A DNA stretch of 63,560 bases, counting the filler, from Octopus bimaculoides (lineage: Eukaryota): NCBI RefSeq assembly GCF_001194135.2. It is 8 parts of 7 records of this genome, joined end to end, with 100 filler letters (N's around TTAATTAATTAA, not from the genome) between each part and the next. Parts side by side here need not be neighbours in the genome. Positions count along the whole stretch, not along the records: positions 22,206 to 31,274 come from NC_069008.1; positions 31,375 to 37,438 come from NC_068985.1; positions 37,539 to 40,621 come from NC_068982.1; 5 more parts are not named here. The stretch is one strand, 5' to 3'. Positions 24,960 through 37,735 of the stretch are shown here, one piece after another. The position numbers were made by a program, and so were the translations under genes. The first letter of the stretch is position 1; each line of letters begins with the position of its first letter. The notes under the pieces are model-generated. The model was not told the DNA's origin, did no database searches, and saw only the letters and a program-made list of their open reading frames with translations.

Positions 24960-25960
24960 CATGCTTGTCGTAGCATTCCGGCCACTTCATGGATGTCCTT
25001 CAAAGAGAAGGTGTCCAGGATCCTTGTCACAGCCTCCTTCAATGTCTTCAAAATGATTGTCCCTGAGGTTTTCCTTCAGCTTGGGGAACAACAAATAGTC
25101 ACAAGGAGCAAGGTCAGGACTGTAAGGTGGGGTCAGGGACAGTTTTAATGCCCATCTCAGTCAAGTAGTTGATTACCATGATGGAATTATGGACTGGTGC
25201 ATTGTCATGGTGCAGGTGCTACCGACCTGAATGGTGGAGCTCTGGCCTTTTGTTATGAAATCTCCTCCTGAACTCCTTCAAAACCACCACTAAGTACTCT
25301 TTATTGATCATCTGGGCAGAGGGTAACCAGTGGATCTAGATGATACCCTTGCTGTTAAGAAAAAGAAACCACCACTGGACTTGCTTTTCCTGGCCTTCTT
25401 GGGATTGGGGGAGCCATGATTCTTCCATTGGGCACTCTGTCTCTTGGTCTCTGAATCATAACAGTAGATCCAGCATTTGTCGTAGGTCACCAGAGATCCA
25501 AGAACTTTGACTGGAGGTAACAACCTCAACTATCTCTCTCTTGTCACCATCATGTCTTTCTTTCTGTTCATCACAGAGCACCCTGGCAAAAAAAAACTTT
25601 ACACAAATTTTGCACATGTTCAGATCTTCATGAATAATTCTGTGTACAGTTGTCCCACCAACTCAACATTGTATATGTATTGTCATTACAGATGAATGAT
25701 GGTTTTCATCCAGAAAATTGTGAATTTTCTCAACCAGTTCTCATTATCTCTCACCTCCTCTCTATCATTCTTGAACCTCTTGTATCAGCAAGAAACAGAT
25801 GCTCGGCTCATACAAATTAATCTATTTCATAGTTTCTGTAGTGTTTTAGTTCAGTTTAACACAAATCTCTATTTTATAGTGGGTTTCCAAATTGTCTTCA
25901 CATCCTGTCTGCATTCTGGGAACTTGTCAGCTGTGACAAGCAATGTTTTGTTGGGTGGGT
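24960..25960 (-). mobile_element. Decayed mariner-family transposase
   Basis: Minus-strand fragments KRFKNDREEVRD, WIYCYDSETKRQSAQWK.HGSPNPKKAR and PPYSPDLAPCDYLLFPKLKENLR, with frameshifts and stops. Confidence 0.85.
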
Positions 25961-27129
25961 TCAAAGTACTGTTACAACCATCTCCTTCAATCTGGAAGTG
26001 AAATTACAATCATCTAGGAGAGTTATAAATGTCTCTCCTGAAAAGATATCTCAGAACCTGGAGAAGGAAGCAGTATAACAGTCATAATCTTCGTCAACAT
26101 CATCATTGAACATCCATCTTTGATGCTGGAATGGGTTGGACTGTATGATAAGATTTGGGAAGTTAGAAGACCAAGTTCTGTTTTGAAGCAGCTATTTTAG
26201 TAAGGTTGTTATGAATGGATGCTCTTCTAAATGGCAACCACTTTCAGAGGGCACTAGGTACTTTTGTTTGTGGCACAGTACTAGCTATATTACCTTGCAA
26301 CTTGCAAGTTTAAGATGCCTAAAGAGAGCCTTCTGAAAAAAACAATGGGGTGGGGGGAGAGAGAGAAGACTTGGGGCATGGTGATGAGAGGGAGTAAAGT
26401 CTAATAAGTGGAACTGATTTATTGTTGTGTGAGGAAAGTAGTGAAAAGAGAAACAGAGTGGAAACTGTGAGAGAAGGGAATACCATGAAAAGAGAAGAGA
26501 TCAGTTATAGCGGTTGCTGAGAAAGAGAGAGACAGTCAAGGTTGAAAAGTTGCCAAAGTTGTTCAAGACATTTGTGAGAAGACACTGTCACTGAAAGAAC
26601 AGCACAGAAATGCTTTCCATACTTTTTGTCTTCACAAACTCTTTGCATTCTGGCTGATCTGTTCAGAGAATCAATTGAACGAGCTCAGCCATAAAGATTT
26701 GCACCAATCCACTAGGGAATTGGCCCAGCATATGGGATGTTCCTACGATATTGTCACCCATCTCCTTCACTGAATGGGCAAGGTCCAAAAACTCAGGGAA
26801 ATGTTATAAAGAATCTGAAGAGGTAGTTTTATTAACATCACATTACTAAGATATGTGACCAATGTAGATTTACTTGTAGTTACACAAACAATATAGTGTT
26901 GGCAGATTGTTTTGTTATATATTCATTACACGTATTTTTCAGTCAAAATGCATTAATGGTTACATGAAATATTTTTTAACAGAATGACATATGACATTGA
27001 TATGATTACTTTTGTGGATGAATACATGCATGTATAGATAAAATGATTTTAATGGAAGATATAATTGACCAGATATCATTTTATAACTTTTTTCCAGTCT
27101 AAATACATTTGTGCTTAGCTAATGTCATT

Positions 27130-27240
27130 CAATGAAAGAATGATTTACCACAAATATCCCAGTGGTATACGTCTCTCCTGTATGAATCATTTTGTGAGTA
27201 GCTAAGTGATGATTTATTACAGATATCTCACCAATATTAC

Positions 27241-27241
<1 letters not shown>
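27130..27241 (-). pseudogene. C2H2 zinc-finger gene remnant (about 1.3 fingers)
   Basis: CNIGEISVINHHLATHKMIHTGET, then a frameshift to YHWDICGKSFFH*. Matches the HTGEKPYHCDICGKSF repeat of cephalopod C2H2 genes. Confidence 0.7.
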
Positions 27242-27275
<34 letters not shown>

Positions 27276-27329
27276 TATACACACGCATGTACACAGACAC
27301 ACTCATCATCATTACCATCATCATCATAA

Positions 27330-28555
27330 GGTGACACTGACAATTTTTTCAGACCATAACTTAATAGAACTAACAATATATGGCCTGCAGAAGAACTGCA
27401 GACATGCAGTCTACTAGAAGCATCCAATTTCTCTCCAGCCTGGGCTTTCATAATGCTGACTGGAAAGGTTTGAAGAAAGAGGTCATGAAACAAAACTGAC
27501 CTACAAGTCTCTCTATGCAAGATATTGACATAAAGCTAAGCACTTTATGACAATCATGCATGACATATCCAGTAAGTGTGCTCCAGAGAGAATGCCAAAC
27601 CAACAGAAAAAACATAATTCTCAGGGATGAGAAGATTCTAATGAGACAACAAGAAAAGATCTTAAACTGCCTAAGTGGGCTACAAAAGGACTCTATCTGA
27701 AACAAACATTGCTTGAGATCCAAAATGAACTCAAACACTCCCATGATAAAGAGAAGGCAGAGAAAGAAACCAGGCTGTCAAAAAATAAAGACAAACCATA
27801 AAACCTTCCTGCTTCAGCATGGTACAAGATAGGGCCACTGTCTGCAGACCCCTAGAGACTAAATGAAATACTGAATGTGCAGTATAAAAGTGTTTGTACA
27901 ACTCTGTTAGGACACTTGCAAATAGCCTTGCCTGATGAGTGTTTGGGTACCTCTGCTCCTCACAAAGAGATGGCAATTATTGAAAACATCAAAATAGAGG
28001 TAACTGATGTAATATCAGCCATTGATGAAATAAGCTTAAAGTCAGCCACAAGCCCGGATAGATTCCCAGCAATTCTCCAAACGAAATGCAAAGAGGCTCT
28101 TGCAAGACCACTACAGATCCTCTTCCAAAGCTTTCTTGTGACTGGGAGACACCCAAGAAAGTTAAAAGAAGGTATAATATGTCCTATCCATAAAGTAAGT
28201 AGCAGAGTGGATGCTAAAAATTATAGGCCTGTCTCTCATGCCCCCACCCCCCATGTTAGAAGAGTCGGGAGGAAACTATCCTGTTCCTAGAAAATGATGA
28301 CTTGCTCCCTGACATGCTGCATGGCTTCCACTCAAGAAGCTGCCTTACACAGCTTCTGCAGCATTATAACCAGGTGTTGAAACAGCTAATGAATTGCTAA
28401 TGAATTGCTAATGAATTGCTAATGAATTGCTTAAATGTGGATGTGATATAGCTTGATTTTGCAAAGCCTTTTGCAAACGGCTGATCATGGGTTGATATGT
28501 CACAAACTATGGACACTTGATATAATTAGAAAACTGGAAGAATGATTTCCTGACT
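27330..28555 (+). mobile_element. CR1/L2-like LINE ORF2 fragment (RT N-terminal half)
   Basis: AIDEISLKSATSPDRFPAILQTKCKEALARPL...IICPIHK...KNYRPVS, then HGF..RSCLTQLL and DVI.LDFAK, frameshifted. Contains an 11-bp tandem repeat GCTAATGAATT x4 at 28385-28431. Confidence 0.85.
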
Positions 28556-28565
28556 TCTTGCTCTA

Positions 28566-29880
28566 TTAGCTGAGTCACTATCAAAATTAGAGAAGTTCCA
28601 GGTATGGAAACAAGGTGTAGAATTGAAGGGCTTTAGAGTCACTCTATCAAAAACCAAAGTCTTAGTAAGTAAGAAGGCAGACAAATAACCACCCCCTCCA
28701 GGTAGATGGCCTTGCTTGATCTGTAGAAAAGGTGTAGGTAGAAACTTCTTAAGACGTACCCAGTGTAAGCTATGGACACATAAGAGGTGCAGCAACATCA
28801 AAGGAAGGTAACTAAGAAGATAGTTTTTGTTTGTGGCATATGCACAGGAGCAATAAACACTGAAGTTGTACAAAAAACAAATTCCATCACATACCAGGGG
28901 GAAAAACTAGAAGTAGTTGATAGCTTCTGTTACCTAGGTGACCAAGTCAGTAGCGGGAGTGGATGCTCTGAGAGTGTAGCTGCTAGAATAAGAATAGCCT
29001 GGTCAAAGTTCAGGGAGCTCCTATCTCTGCTGTTAACAAAGGACCTCTCACTCAGAGTGAAAAGCAGACTGTATGATGCAAGTGTGCGAACAGCCATGCT
29101 ACACTGCAGTGAAGCATGGGCCATGACTGCTGAGGACATGCATAGGCTTGAAAGAAATGAAGCTAGTATGATCCGCTGGATGTGTAATGTCAGTGCGCAT
29201 ATACGACAGAGTGTAAGCACCCTGAGAGAAAAGTTGGACCTAAGAAGCATCAGATGTGGTGTGCAAGAGAGAGAACTGTGCTGGTATGGTCATGTGTTGC
29301 ATATGGGTGAAGACAGCTGTGTGAATAAGTGTCATACCCTAATAGTGGAAAGAACCTGTGAAAGGGGTAGACCCAGGAAGAGATGGAATGAAGTAGGGAA
29401 GCACAATCTTTGAAAGTGACTAAGACCTTTGGAGACATGCTGTGATTGAGAAGACCCGGCAAGTCAAGCGAGATGGTAGCCGTGGTCGATGCCAGTGTTG
29501 CATAAGCCTGCCCATTTAAAAGTACCCTTCAACGGTCGGGCGATATGCTGTGTTTGAGAAAACCTGTTGAATCAAGCAAAATCACAGTCGCATCCAATGC
29601 CAGTGCTGCCAGACTGGCTCCTATGCTGGTGGAATGTAAAGAGCACCATTCGGGCATGGTCGATGCCAGTGCCGCCTGACTGGTCCCCATGTCTGTCGCA
29701 TGTAAAAAGCACTCACTGCATTCTCAGAGTGGTTGGCATTAGGAAGGTTATCCAGCAGTAGAAACCTTGCCATATCAGATTGGAGCCTGGTACAGCTTCC
29801 TGGCTTGCCAGTCCTCTGTCAAACTGTCCAACTCTTGCCAGCATGGAAAGCAGATGTTAAACGATGATGATGTATATATG
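28566..29880 (+). mobile_element. 5'-truncated RTE-like LINE with PHD-like finger, RT C-terminus and 3' UTR
   Basis: KTKVL...WPCLICRKGVG...; LEVVDSFCYLGD, RIRIAWSKFREL, AMLHCSEAWA, WYGHV, RGRPRKRW; ends aaacgatgatgatg. Confidence 0.9.
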
Positions 29881-30194
29881 TATATATATATGTATGTATG
29901 TATATATATATTCATATATATATANNNNNNNNNNNNNNNNNNNNNNNNNNNNNNNNNNNNNNNNNNNNNNNNNNNNGCCTGACTGGTCCCCATGTCTGTC
30001 GCATGTAAAAAGCACTCACTGCATTCTCAGAGTGGTTGGCATTAGGAAGGTTATCCAGCAGTAGAAACCTTGCCATATCAGATTGGAGCCTGGTACAGCT
30101 TCCTGGCTTGCCAGTCCTCTGTCAAACTGTCCAACTCTTGCCAGCATGGAAAGCAGATGTTAAACGATGATGATGTATATATGTATATATATAT

Positions 30195-31027
30195 ATTGTC
30201 GTCTAAATTACGCAAAATGAAAATGATATTGACATCTCATTTTAACATATATATTTACAAAAATTACCTGAAAATACCTTGAAATACTAAAGAATAAATC
30301 TATTCAATAAAATCACCATTGGCTTCAACCACGTTCTCCAAATGACTTCAGAATCTCCTGCAACTCTAATGGACGGTCTCCTTATTTAAGTTGGTGAATG
30401 CTAGCTTCTGTTCATCTTTGGTATTACAAAGAGTTTTGTTGGTCTCTCACTCAACTGTACCTCACACATAATCAAGCGGGTTGCAGTCTGGGGAGTTAGT
30501 TGACCAGATGTTAGGGGTGATGTGGTTGCAGAAATTGTCTGACAGCCATAACTGGGTTCTCCTGCTTGTTTGGCATGGTGCAGAGTCCTGTTGCCAGGGA
30601 TAGGGTTTTCCAGCAGCCACTTTCTTGACCGAAGGCAGCACTACCTCCTCCATGCACTTCATGTAGGCCTCTGTGTTAAGTCTGATGCCATGTGAGAAGG
30701 AGAATGGAAGCATAACGTAGTCATCACTCCAAACACCATGATGTCAACTGGATGTTTGATTTTTATCACTCTTGGTACATGTATTGGGGACATGGCAAGC
30801 CAGTGGTCGTTCTGTGTGTTCACCATTGGATCATATTGGAGGTTGTGGTGTGAATGCCAAGCAGTACAGCATATTGTTTCCAAATTGTGTCATGATGCTG
30901 TTTTTCTCACAGACGGTGCCCAACTACCCCTACTATACTGTGTAGTAGACAAAAATCAAGAACAAACAATGCGCATGTGTGAAATTAAAAATATAAACTG
31001 GTGACTATTTACTTATCGTGCCCAGTG
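30195..31027 (-). mobile_element. Second DD37D/maT-type element copy
   Basis: Homologous to 8582-9295. QQDSAP...SPDCNPLD has 37 residues between the second and third catalytic Asp; right TIR followed by TA. Confidence 0.85.
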
Positions 31028-31641
31028 TATATTTTGCATGTACTAGATCCTTGAATTGTTGTCTTTTTCTTCATTTATTTTTGGGATTAATTATATATAT
31101 AGGATAACCATACTTTTTTGTACGTTGGCCACTAATAAATCATTAATTAATGATTTATCCTTATTGTGTATAAATATATATATACTTGCATATATATATG
31201 TGATAGTGGATTTTCATCGATGAGTTCTTGAAAATTGGTTATTTTCCCTAAAACTATATATATTTTATATATATNNNNNNNNNNNNNNNNNNNNNNNNNN
31301 NNNNNNNNNNNNNNNNNNTTAATTAATTAANNNNNNNNNNNNNNNNNNNNNNNNNNNNNNNNNNNNNNNNNNNNGTATATTTTCGCCTGGATATTTTCTA
31401 CGTAACACTCAATTAAGGTAAATTAAGATGTTCTCTGTTTAGTTTATGTCTTGTATTATCCATACATAAATCTCCCGAAGGAGTTCTTCCCGAATTAAAC
31501 ACTTAACGATTTCTTGTAAACCTCACCAGATGGTCTTATAGCCTTGGTTAGAGAACCACTCATTGTTGTGTATCTCTTCAATTTGAATGCCACTCATATA
31601 CATAACCACACGCATACATACACATAGATAGCTATACATAT

Positions 31642-31687
<46 letters not shown>

Positions 31688-32665
31688 NNNNNNNNNNNNN
31701 NNNNNNNNNNNNNNNNNNNNNNNNNNNNNNNNNNNNNNNNNNNNNNNNNNNNNNNNNNNNNNNNNNNNNNNNNNNNNNNNNNNNNNNNNNNNNNNNNNNN
31801 NNNNNNNNNNNNNNNNNNNNNNNNNNNNNNNNNNNNNNNNNNNNNNNNNNNNNNNNNNNNNNNNNNNNNNNNNNNNNNNNNNNNNNNNNNNNNNNNNNNN
31901 NNNNNNNNNNNNNNNNNNNNNNNNNNNNNNNNNNNNNNNNNNNNNNNNNNNNNNNNNNNNNNNNNNNNNNNNNNNNNNNNNNNNNNNNNNNNNNNNNNNN
32001 NNNNNNNNNNNNNNNNNNNNNNNNNNNNNNNNNNNNNNNNNNNNNNNNNNNNNNNNNNNNNNNNNNNNNNNNNNNNNNNNNNNNNNNNNNNNNNNNNNNN
32101 NNNNNNNNNNNNNNNNNNNNNNNNNNNNNNNNNNNNNNNNNNNNNNNNNNNNNNNNNNNNNNNNNNNNNNNNNNNNNNNNNNNNNNNNNNNNNNNNNNNN
32201 NNNNNNNNNNNNNNNNNNNNNNNNNNNNNNNNNNNNNNNNNNNNNNNNNNNNNNNNNNNNNNNNNNNNNNNNNNNNNNNNNNNNNNNNNNNNNNNNNNNN
32301 NNNNNNNNNNNNNNNNNNNNNNNNNNNNNNNNNNNNNNNNNNNNNNNNNNNNNNNNNNNNNNNNNNNNNNNNNNNNNNNNNNNNNNNNNNNNNNNNNNNN
32401 NNNNNNNNNNNNNNNNNNNNNNNNNNNNNNNNNNNNNNNNNNNNNNNNNNNNNNNNNNNNNNNNNNNNNNNNNNNNNNNNNNNNNNNNNNNNNNNNNNNN
32501 NNNNNNNNNNNNNNNNNNNNNNNNNNNNNNNNNNNNNNNNNNNNNNNNNNNNNNNNNNNNNNNNNNNNNNNNNNNNNNNNNNNNNNNNNNNNNNNNNNNN
32601 NNNNNNNNNNNNNNNNNNNNNNNNNNNNNNNNNNNNNNNNNNNNNNNNNNNNNNNNNNNNNNNNN

Positions 32666-32706
<41 letters not shown>

Positions 32707-33334
32707 TATACATACATACGTAAATATGTATATGTGAATCTGTATAGATATTCATATATCCATACATATACATACGTAGGTTTATATATTTATATGTACA
32801 TACATACATATATATACTTATGCAGACACACTCACACAGGTGTATGTACATATAAATATATAAATATATACAGAAATATATAAATACATACAAGAAGATA
32901 CGTCCATACAGTCTCTCATATCTACATATATACATACACGCGTACATGAAAACCTATATATATACGTGCAAACAAATATACATTCTTGCATATATACACA
33001 CAAAGAAATACATTTGTCTGTAATGGTGTTCTCTGGAGAAAATACAGGATGATGGAGAAAGTGGAAAGTGTGTGCGAGATTAGAGAAAAGTGGAGGTTAG
33101 TTTTAAATTTGATTTACTTAGCTTTTACTTAGAAAGGCTATATACAATTTCTACCTAATCAAATTTTACATTTCCTATTTCTAGAATATATGATTTTAAA
33201 CTCAACTGTTTTTACGATTTATTTCAGGTTTTCCTTGTTTTTCTACAGTTAGCTTTCCTTTTCACTTGTTCCTGTATTTATGTATAGATAGTGGATAGGA
33301 GGCTTACGTATGTATTTTGTGCATTCATACTTAT

Positions 33335-33441
<107 letters not shown>

Positions 33442-35039
33442 GGTATGTTTTCATGAAGGTCTAGGTTTTGTATTATTTCTTTATGTGGAACAGAAATAAA
33501 GAGACCCTTGATACACCACTTGCCGGTTTGCTCGACTGATTTTCCATGTTCAACAATCAAATACGAACACTTCTTCAGGCAAACTTTCATTTCTGTGGCA
33601 ATTGCAAAGCTGATATTAGTTCTACCTTTTTTATATTCATTTATGTATTTTATGTATTTAGCATTGTTAATACTTTTAACATTGATCTTCGCCAAAAATG
33701 AAGGCAAAACCTCAGTTTTTCTAGCAGTTGTAGACCCTAGCATGAATCTATTTTATTTTTGTAAAAGAAATGCTAATGGATCTATTGTTAAATTAAACAT
33801 AAGGACAAAAACGGAATATTCCAATGAGATAGTCTTATCTCATTGGAATATTCCTTTTGGAATATTTACAACATCGGAGAATATTGTTCCGATCTCAGTC
33901 ATAAACTTCAGGCTTGCCCCTTTGGTCTTTGTGGGCCACTCAAAGGCAACGACAAAGGTGGCAGATATTTTGCCTAATGCATGATCTCCAGCAACCCTGA
34001 GTGAGAAACAGAGGCGTATGCTGTCATATATTGAAGCCAGCTTATCACAAGATATCTGCAGCTTTGTTTATCAAAAGTTCTTCGGATCATCTCCACACCT
34101 TCTTCCTAACTATCACTCATGAATCGCTATGATTTTGGATTCACAATGATCATGGCGGAATTGGTTTAGACTCATGTGTAAGACTTGTACATTCTACAGT
34201 CGTCCCTTTCGCGCAGCTTACATGTGGAGTTATGCCGGAGTTTACAGACCTTGTAAAATGCTTCTCTGCATTAGCTCTTATATCTGTTATGGCAGATTTT
34301 GACCAATTCTCGGTGCTTTGAAAAGATCGACGATCATCAAGATTGGTGAGATAATATTTGCTGGCTGTGATTGCCTCATTTCTCTTTTCTTTTTTTTATT
34401 TGTTTAAAAAAAAATGTTTCTTGCCGATGCTGTAAAAATATTGGGTGATATTCGCCCAAGTACTTTTTAACCGCTTCATACGTCAGATAGAAGTTTCATC
34501 TCAGGCTTATAACTCGCTAGACACCAACCTGGTATCTATCTTCACAGTAAAAGCTAGACTAATGAACGTTGTCAAAACAAAACTTCTCTTACCCAGTTTA
34601 TGCTACGTTCACACATGTTTAGTGTCTCAGTTATAACATTGCAATTTACTTATACATTTTCACAGCGAGATGTCCTTTCACTGTGATTTTCCAAACGTTT
34701 ATTTGTCCCACGCATCATTTTTGCAGTTCAAGGTTTGTAGATATATAGTAAGGCAGATTATAAGTCCATAGTTTTTTGGCTTTGCTTTTTATTAAATCTC
34801 AGGCTTTCCCAGTCAATGAGCCAGTCAGATAATGTCTAGTTCTCCTTCAGTATCTGATTATGTCGCGTTATGAATATTTTTAAAACTGGGAGTGATGCAC
34901 ACACACTGACGCACACGCATGCGCACAAACAAACAAAATGAAAGAACGCAGTTCCGATGACAGAGTCAACGACTTGAAAATGTTGTAAGATGCAACGAAA
35001 ATTTTAGTAAAAATATGTGGCCAATGGGGCCACCTCAAT

Positions 35040-36135
35040 GAAAACACAAATAGTGAGCGGTGTTCCACAGGGCACTGTCTTGGGACCACTGGTTTTCATA
35101 GTGGCCCTCTCAGATATGCTTTCAACTGCCCGGATAGCCACCCTTGCTAGCTATGCAGACGATACGAAAGTCTCGCAGCAAAAATAGAACCTCAGCGATG
35201 TTGCGCATCTGCAGGAGGAGTTGGACTCAATTTACAAATGGGTTGAGGATAATAATATGCAGTTTAATGCTGAAAAATTCCAAGCCCTGCGCTACCAGTG
35301 TCCAAACTGAGTATGAAATTTACAGGGTACACTGATCCGCAGGGACTTTCAATCCCAGAGCCTAAATCAGTGAGGGACCTGGATATCGACATGAGTGATG
35401 ATACCTCTTTTCAAGTGCACATTACCAGGATGGCGACAAAGTGCAGACAATTGATTGGATGGATCCCGAGAACATTCAGAACCAGAGATAAAGAAACCAT
35501 GATGGTCCTCCGGAGGACATTCGTCCTCAGCTGCCTGGATTACTGCTCCCAGTTATAGTCACCCAACAGTGTAAAATTAACAGTAGACCTTGAAGCAATC
35601 CAGCGAAGCTTCACAAACAAGATCGTCTCTTTGCAGCACCTCAGCAACTGGGAGAAGCTGAAACAGATAAGACTCTACTCCCTGGAGTGAAGGCGGGAGA
35701 GGTATGCGGTAATATACATCTGGAAGATCCTGGAAGGAATTGTGCCAAATTTTGGTATTGAAACCTACACCAATGCCAGAACGGGACGACACTACATAGT
35801 GCCAAAGATCCCAGCAATGCCATCGCGGTTCAGGACCAGTTACTGCAACAGCCTGGTTTTCAGGGGCCCACAGCTTTTTAATATTCTCCCAAAGAGCCTG
35901 AGGAACCAGCACAAAGTAGATGTAGGTGTTTTTAAATCAAGGCTGGACCTCTTCCTGCCGAGATTCACATATTAACCTACCTCACGGCAAGAGGTACAAA
36001 TTAGGGTAGCTACATCAAACTCCATTCTTCACTTAGTGCCACATATTAGAGGAGGCTCTCAGCAGTAACAGTGTAGCAAAACGGTGGTGCTCCAGTATGG
36101 CCACAGCTCTGAGCAGAAACTACAAAATAAATGTA
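35040..36135 (+). mobile_element. CR1-like LINE 3' end (RT C-half and tail)
   Basis: GVPQGTVLGPL, SYADDTK, RTFRTRD, LDYCSQL, RRERYAVIYIWKILEG, GPQLFNILPKSLRN, with several stops and frameshifts. Confidence 0.9.
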
Positions 36136-37096
36136 AATGAGTGAAAATCGGACCGGTGAGTGTGTCAAATTAATAAGGCACTAAAAGAGAATAAGATGTT
36201 TCTGTTTTTAGGGCCTTTAATTATTTTTATCGTTTCCAGTCTTTCTAGTCGGAATAAGATTCCTCAGAAAATCCTTTACGAATTGGGTTCGGTTTGTTCA
36301 CCGCTCTCATCGATTGTAATTCCTATCGATTCCTTCCCATGATTTCACTACTTACCGTACGTTCCACACTGATTTCCCTTTTATTCTAACCTAGTTTCTT
36401 GATAAAATCATTTTTCAGTTCCATTCAAATTCTTTGATCTCTTGAAAGAATCGCTACAAATTGTTATACCGAAGGATTATTCTCAATTTAGCGAGGGAAT
36501 TTTTTTCAGGTGTGTTTTCATTTTAAGTACTTTTATTTATTTATTTATTTATTTTTGTAGTATTTACCTCTGTTGTTTTTCTTCTTCGAATTGTGTCTTT
36601 TCAATATAAATTTCATCAACATTTTATTTTCTATTTTTCCGCTGTGCTTCGTTACTTTTGCTTGTTTTTCATGGTGTTTGTTTATGCTTTGAAATCCTTG
36701 TTTGAGCAGATATGAGGGAGAACACACTTTCCATTTTCACTAAGGTAGTTGCAGCAGATATCATTTCATTTAATCTACAGATATTGTTACATTTACATTT
36801 CGTGTGTATGGTGGGGGTGTCATTTTATTCAGTCTACCTTGGTCAAGTTTGTGTTCTTTTTTTTTATGGATTATTCTATTTCATAGCAAACTCTGATTTT
36901 TTTAGGTGGAAGTCATGTTGGTCCATAGTAACATTTTTTATATCCAACTTTACATTATTATATTCATTGATTTACATCTTAGCTATTTCCATATCTTCGT
37001 TTGTATTATTCCGGATTAGTTTTACTTGGTCAGTTTTTGAAAAGAGTTTCACGTAATGGGTTTGTATTTGTGTCTTGTATACATACATACACATAC

Positions 37097-37136
<40 letters not shown>

Positions 37137-37323
37137 TAATATATATTAATCTGTATATATAACTGTGTATTTATAGTTGATATAAAAGAAATATTCGAAT
37201 AAAAAATTGATCTTAGGGTAATTAGAAAGATAGATAGAGAGAGAGAGACGGGGGCAGGAGAGACTATGACAGAGGCAGACAGACAGACAGATGGAGAGGT
37301 AGGTAGGTAAGTGGGTACGTAGG

Positions 37324-37368
<45 letters not shown>

Positions 37369-37369
<1 letters not shown>

Positions 37370-37438
37370 CATTTCTTTTATTAGCCACACAGGGCTCAAC
37401 GAAGATGGGACAAATACAATGTAGAGCTTTTCTTTTTG
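37369..37438 (-). mobile_element. Tx1-like LINE 3' terminus with (ATCT)n tail; further copies at about 45305-45400 and 63408-63560
   Basis: ttattagccacacagggctcaac...gggacaaa...tgtagagcttttc occurs three times and is similar to the terminus of the 50133-50800 element. Confidence 0.6.
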
Positions 37439-37539
37439 NNNNNNNNNNNNNNNNNNNNNNNNNNNNNNNNNNNNNNNNNNNNTTAATTAATTAANNNNNN
37501 NNNNNNNNNNNNNNNNNNNNNNNNNNNNNNNNNNNNNNA

Positions 37540-37579
<40 letters not shown>

Positions 37580-37699
37580 GTCATACTCTCACTCCTTCCT
37601 TTCCCGAGCGTCCAATAACACTATCCGTATCACGTCCTCACTTTGTTGTTTTTTTGTTATTGTTTTTTGTGTTTTTTTGAACTTATATATATATATAAA

Positions 37700-37735
<36 letters not shown>

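Noticed and set aside
29977-30196. Exact duplicate of about 220 bp (29674-29893) as a tandem duplication or LTR pair
   Set aside because: Identical copies on either side of a small N gap; typical of unmerged overlapping contig ends.
31523-32947. Long ORFs in the track spanning N runs (also 4278, 17299, 46915-48224, 58023, 59093-60239)
   Set aside because: Open only because X codons and (TA)n, (CA)n repeats contain no stops.
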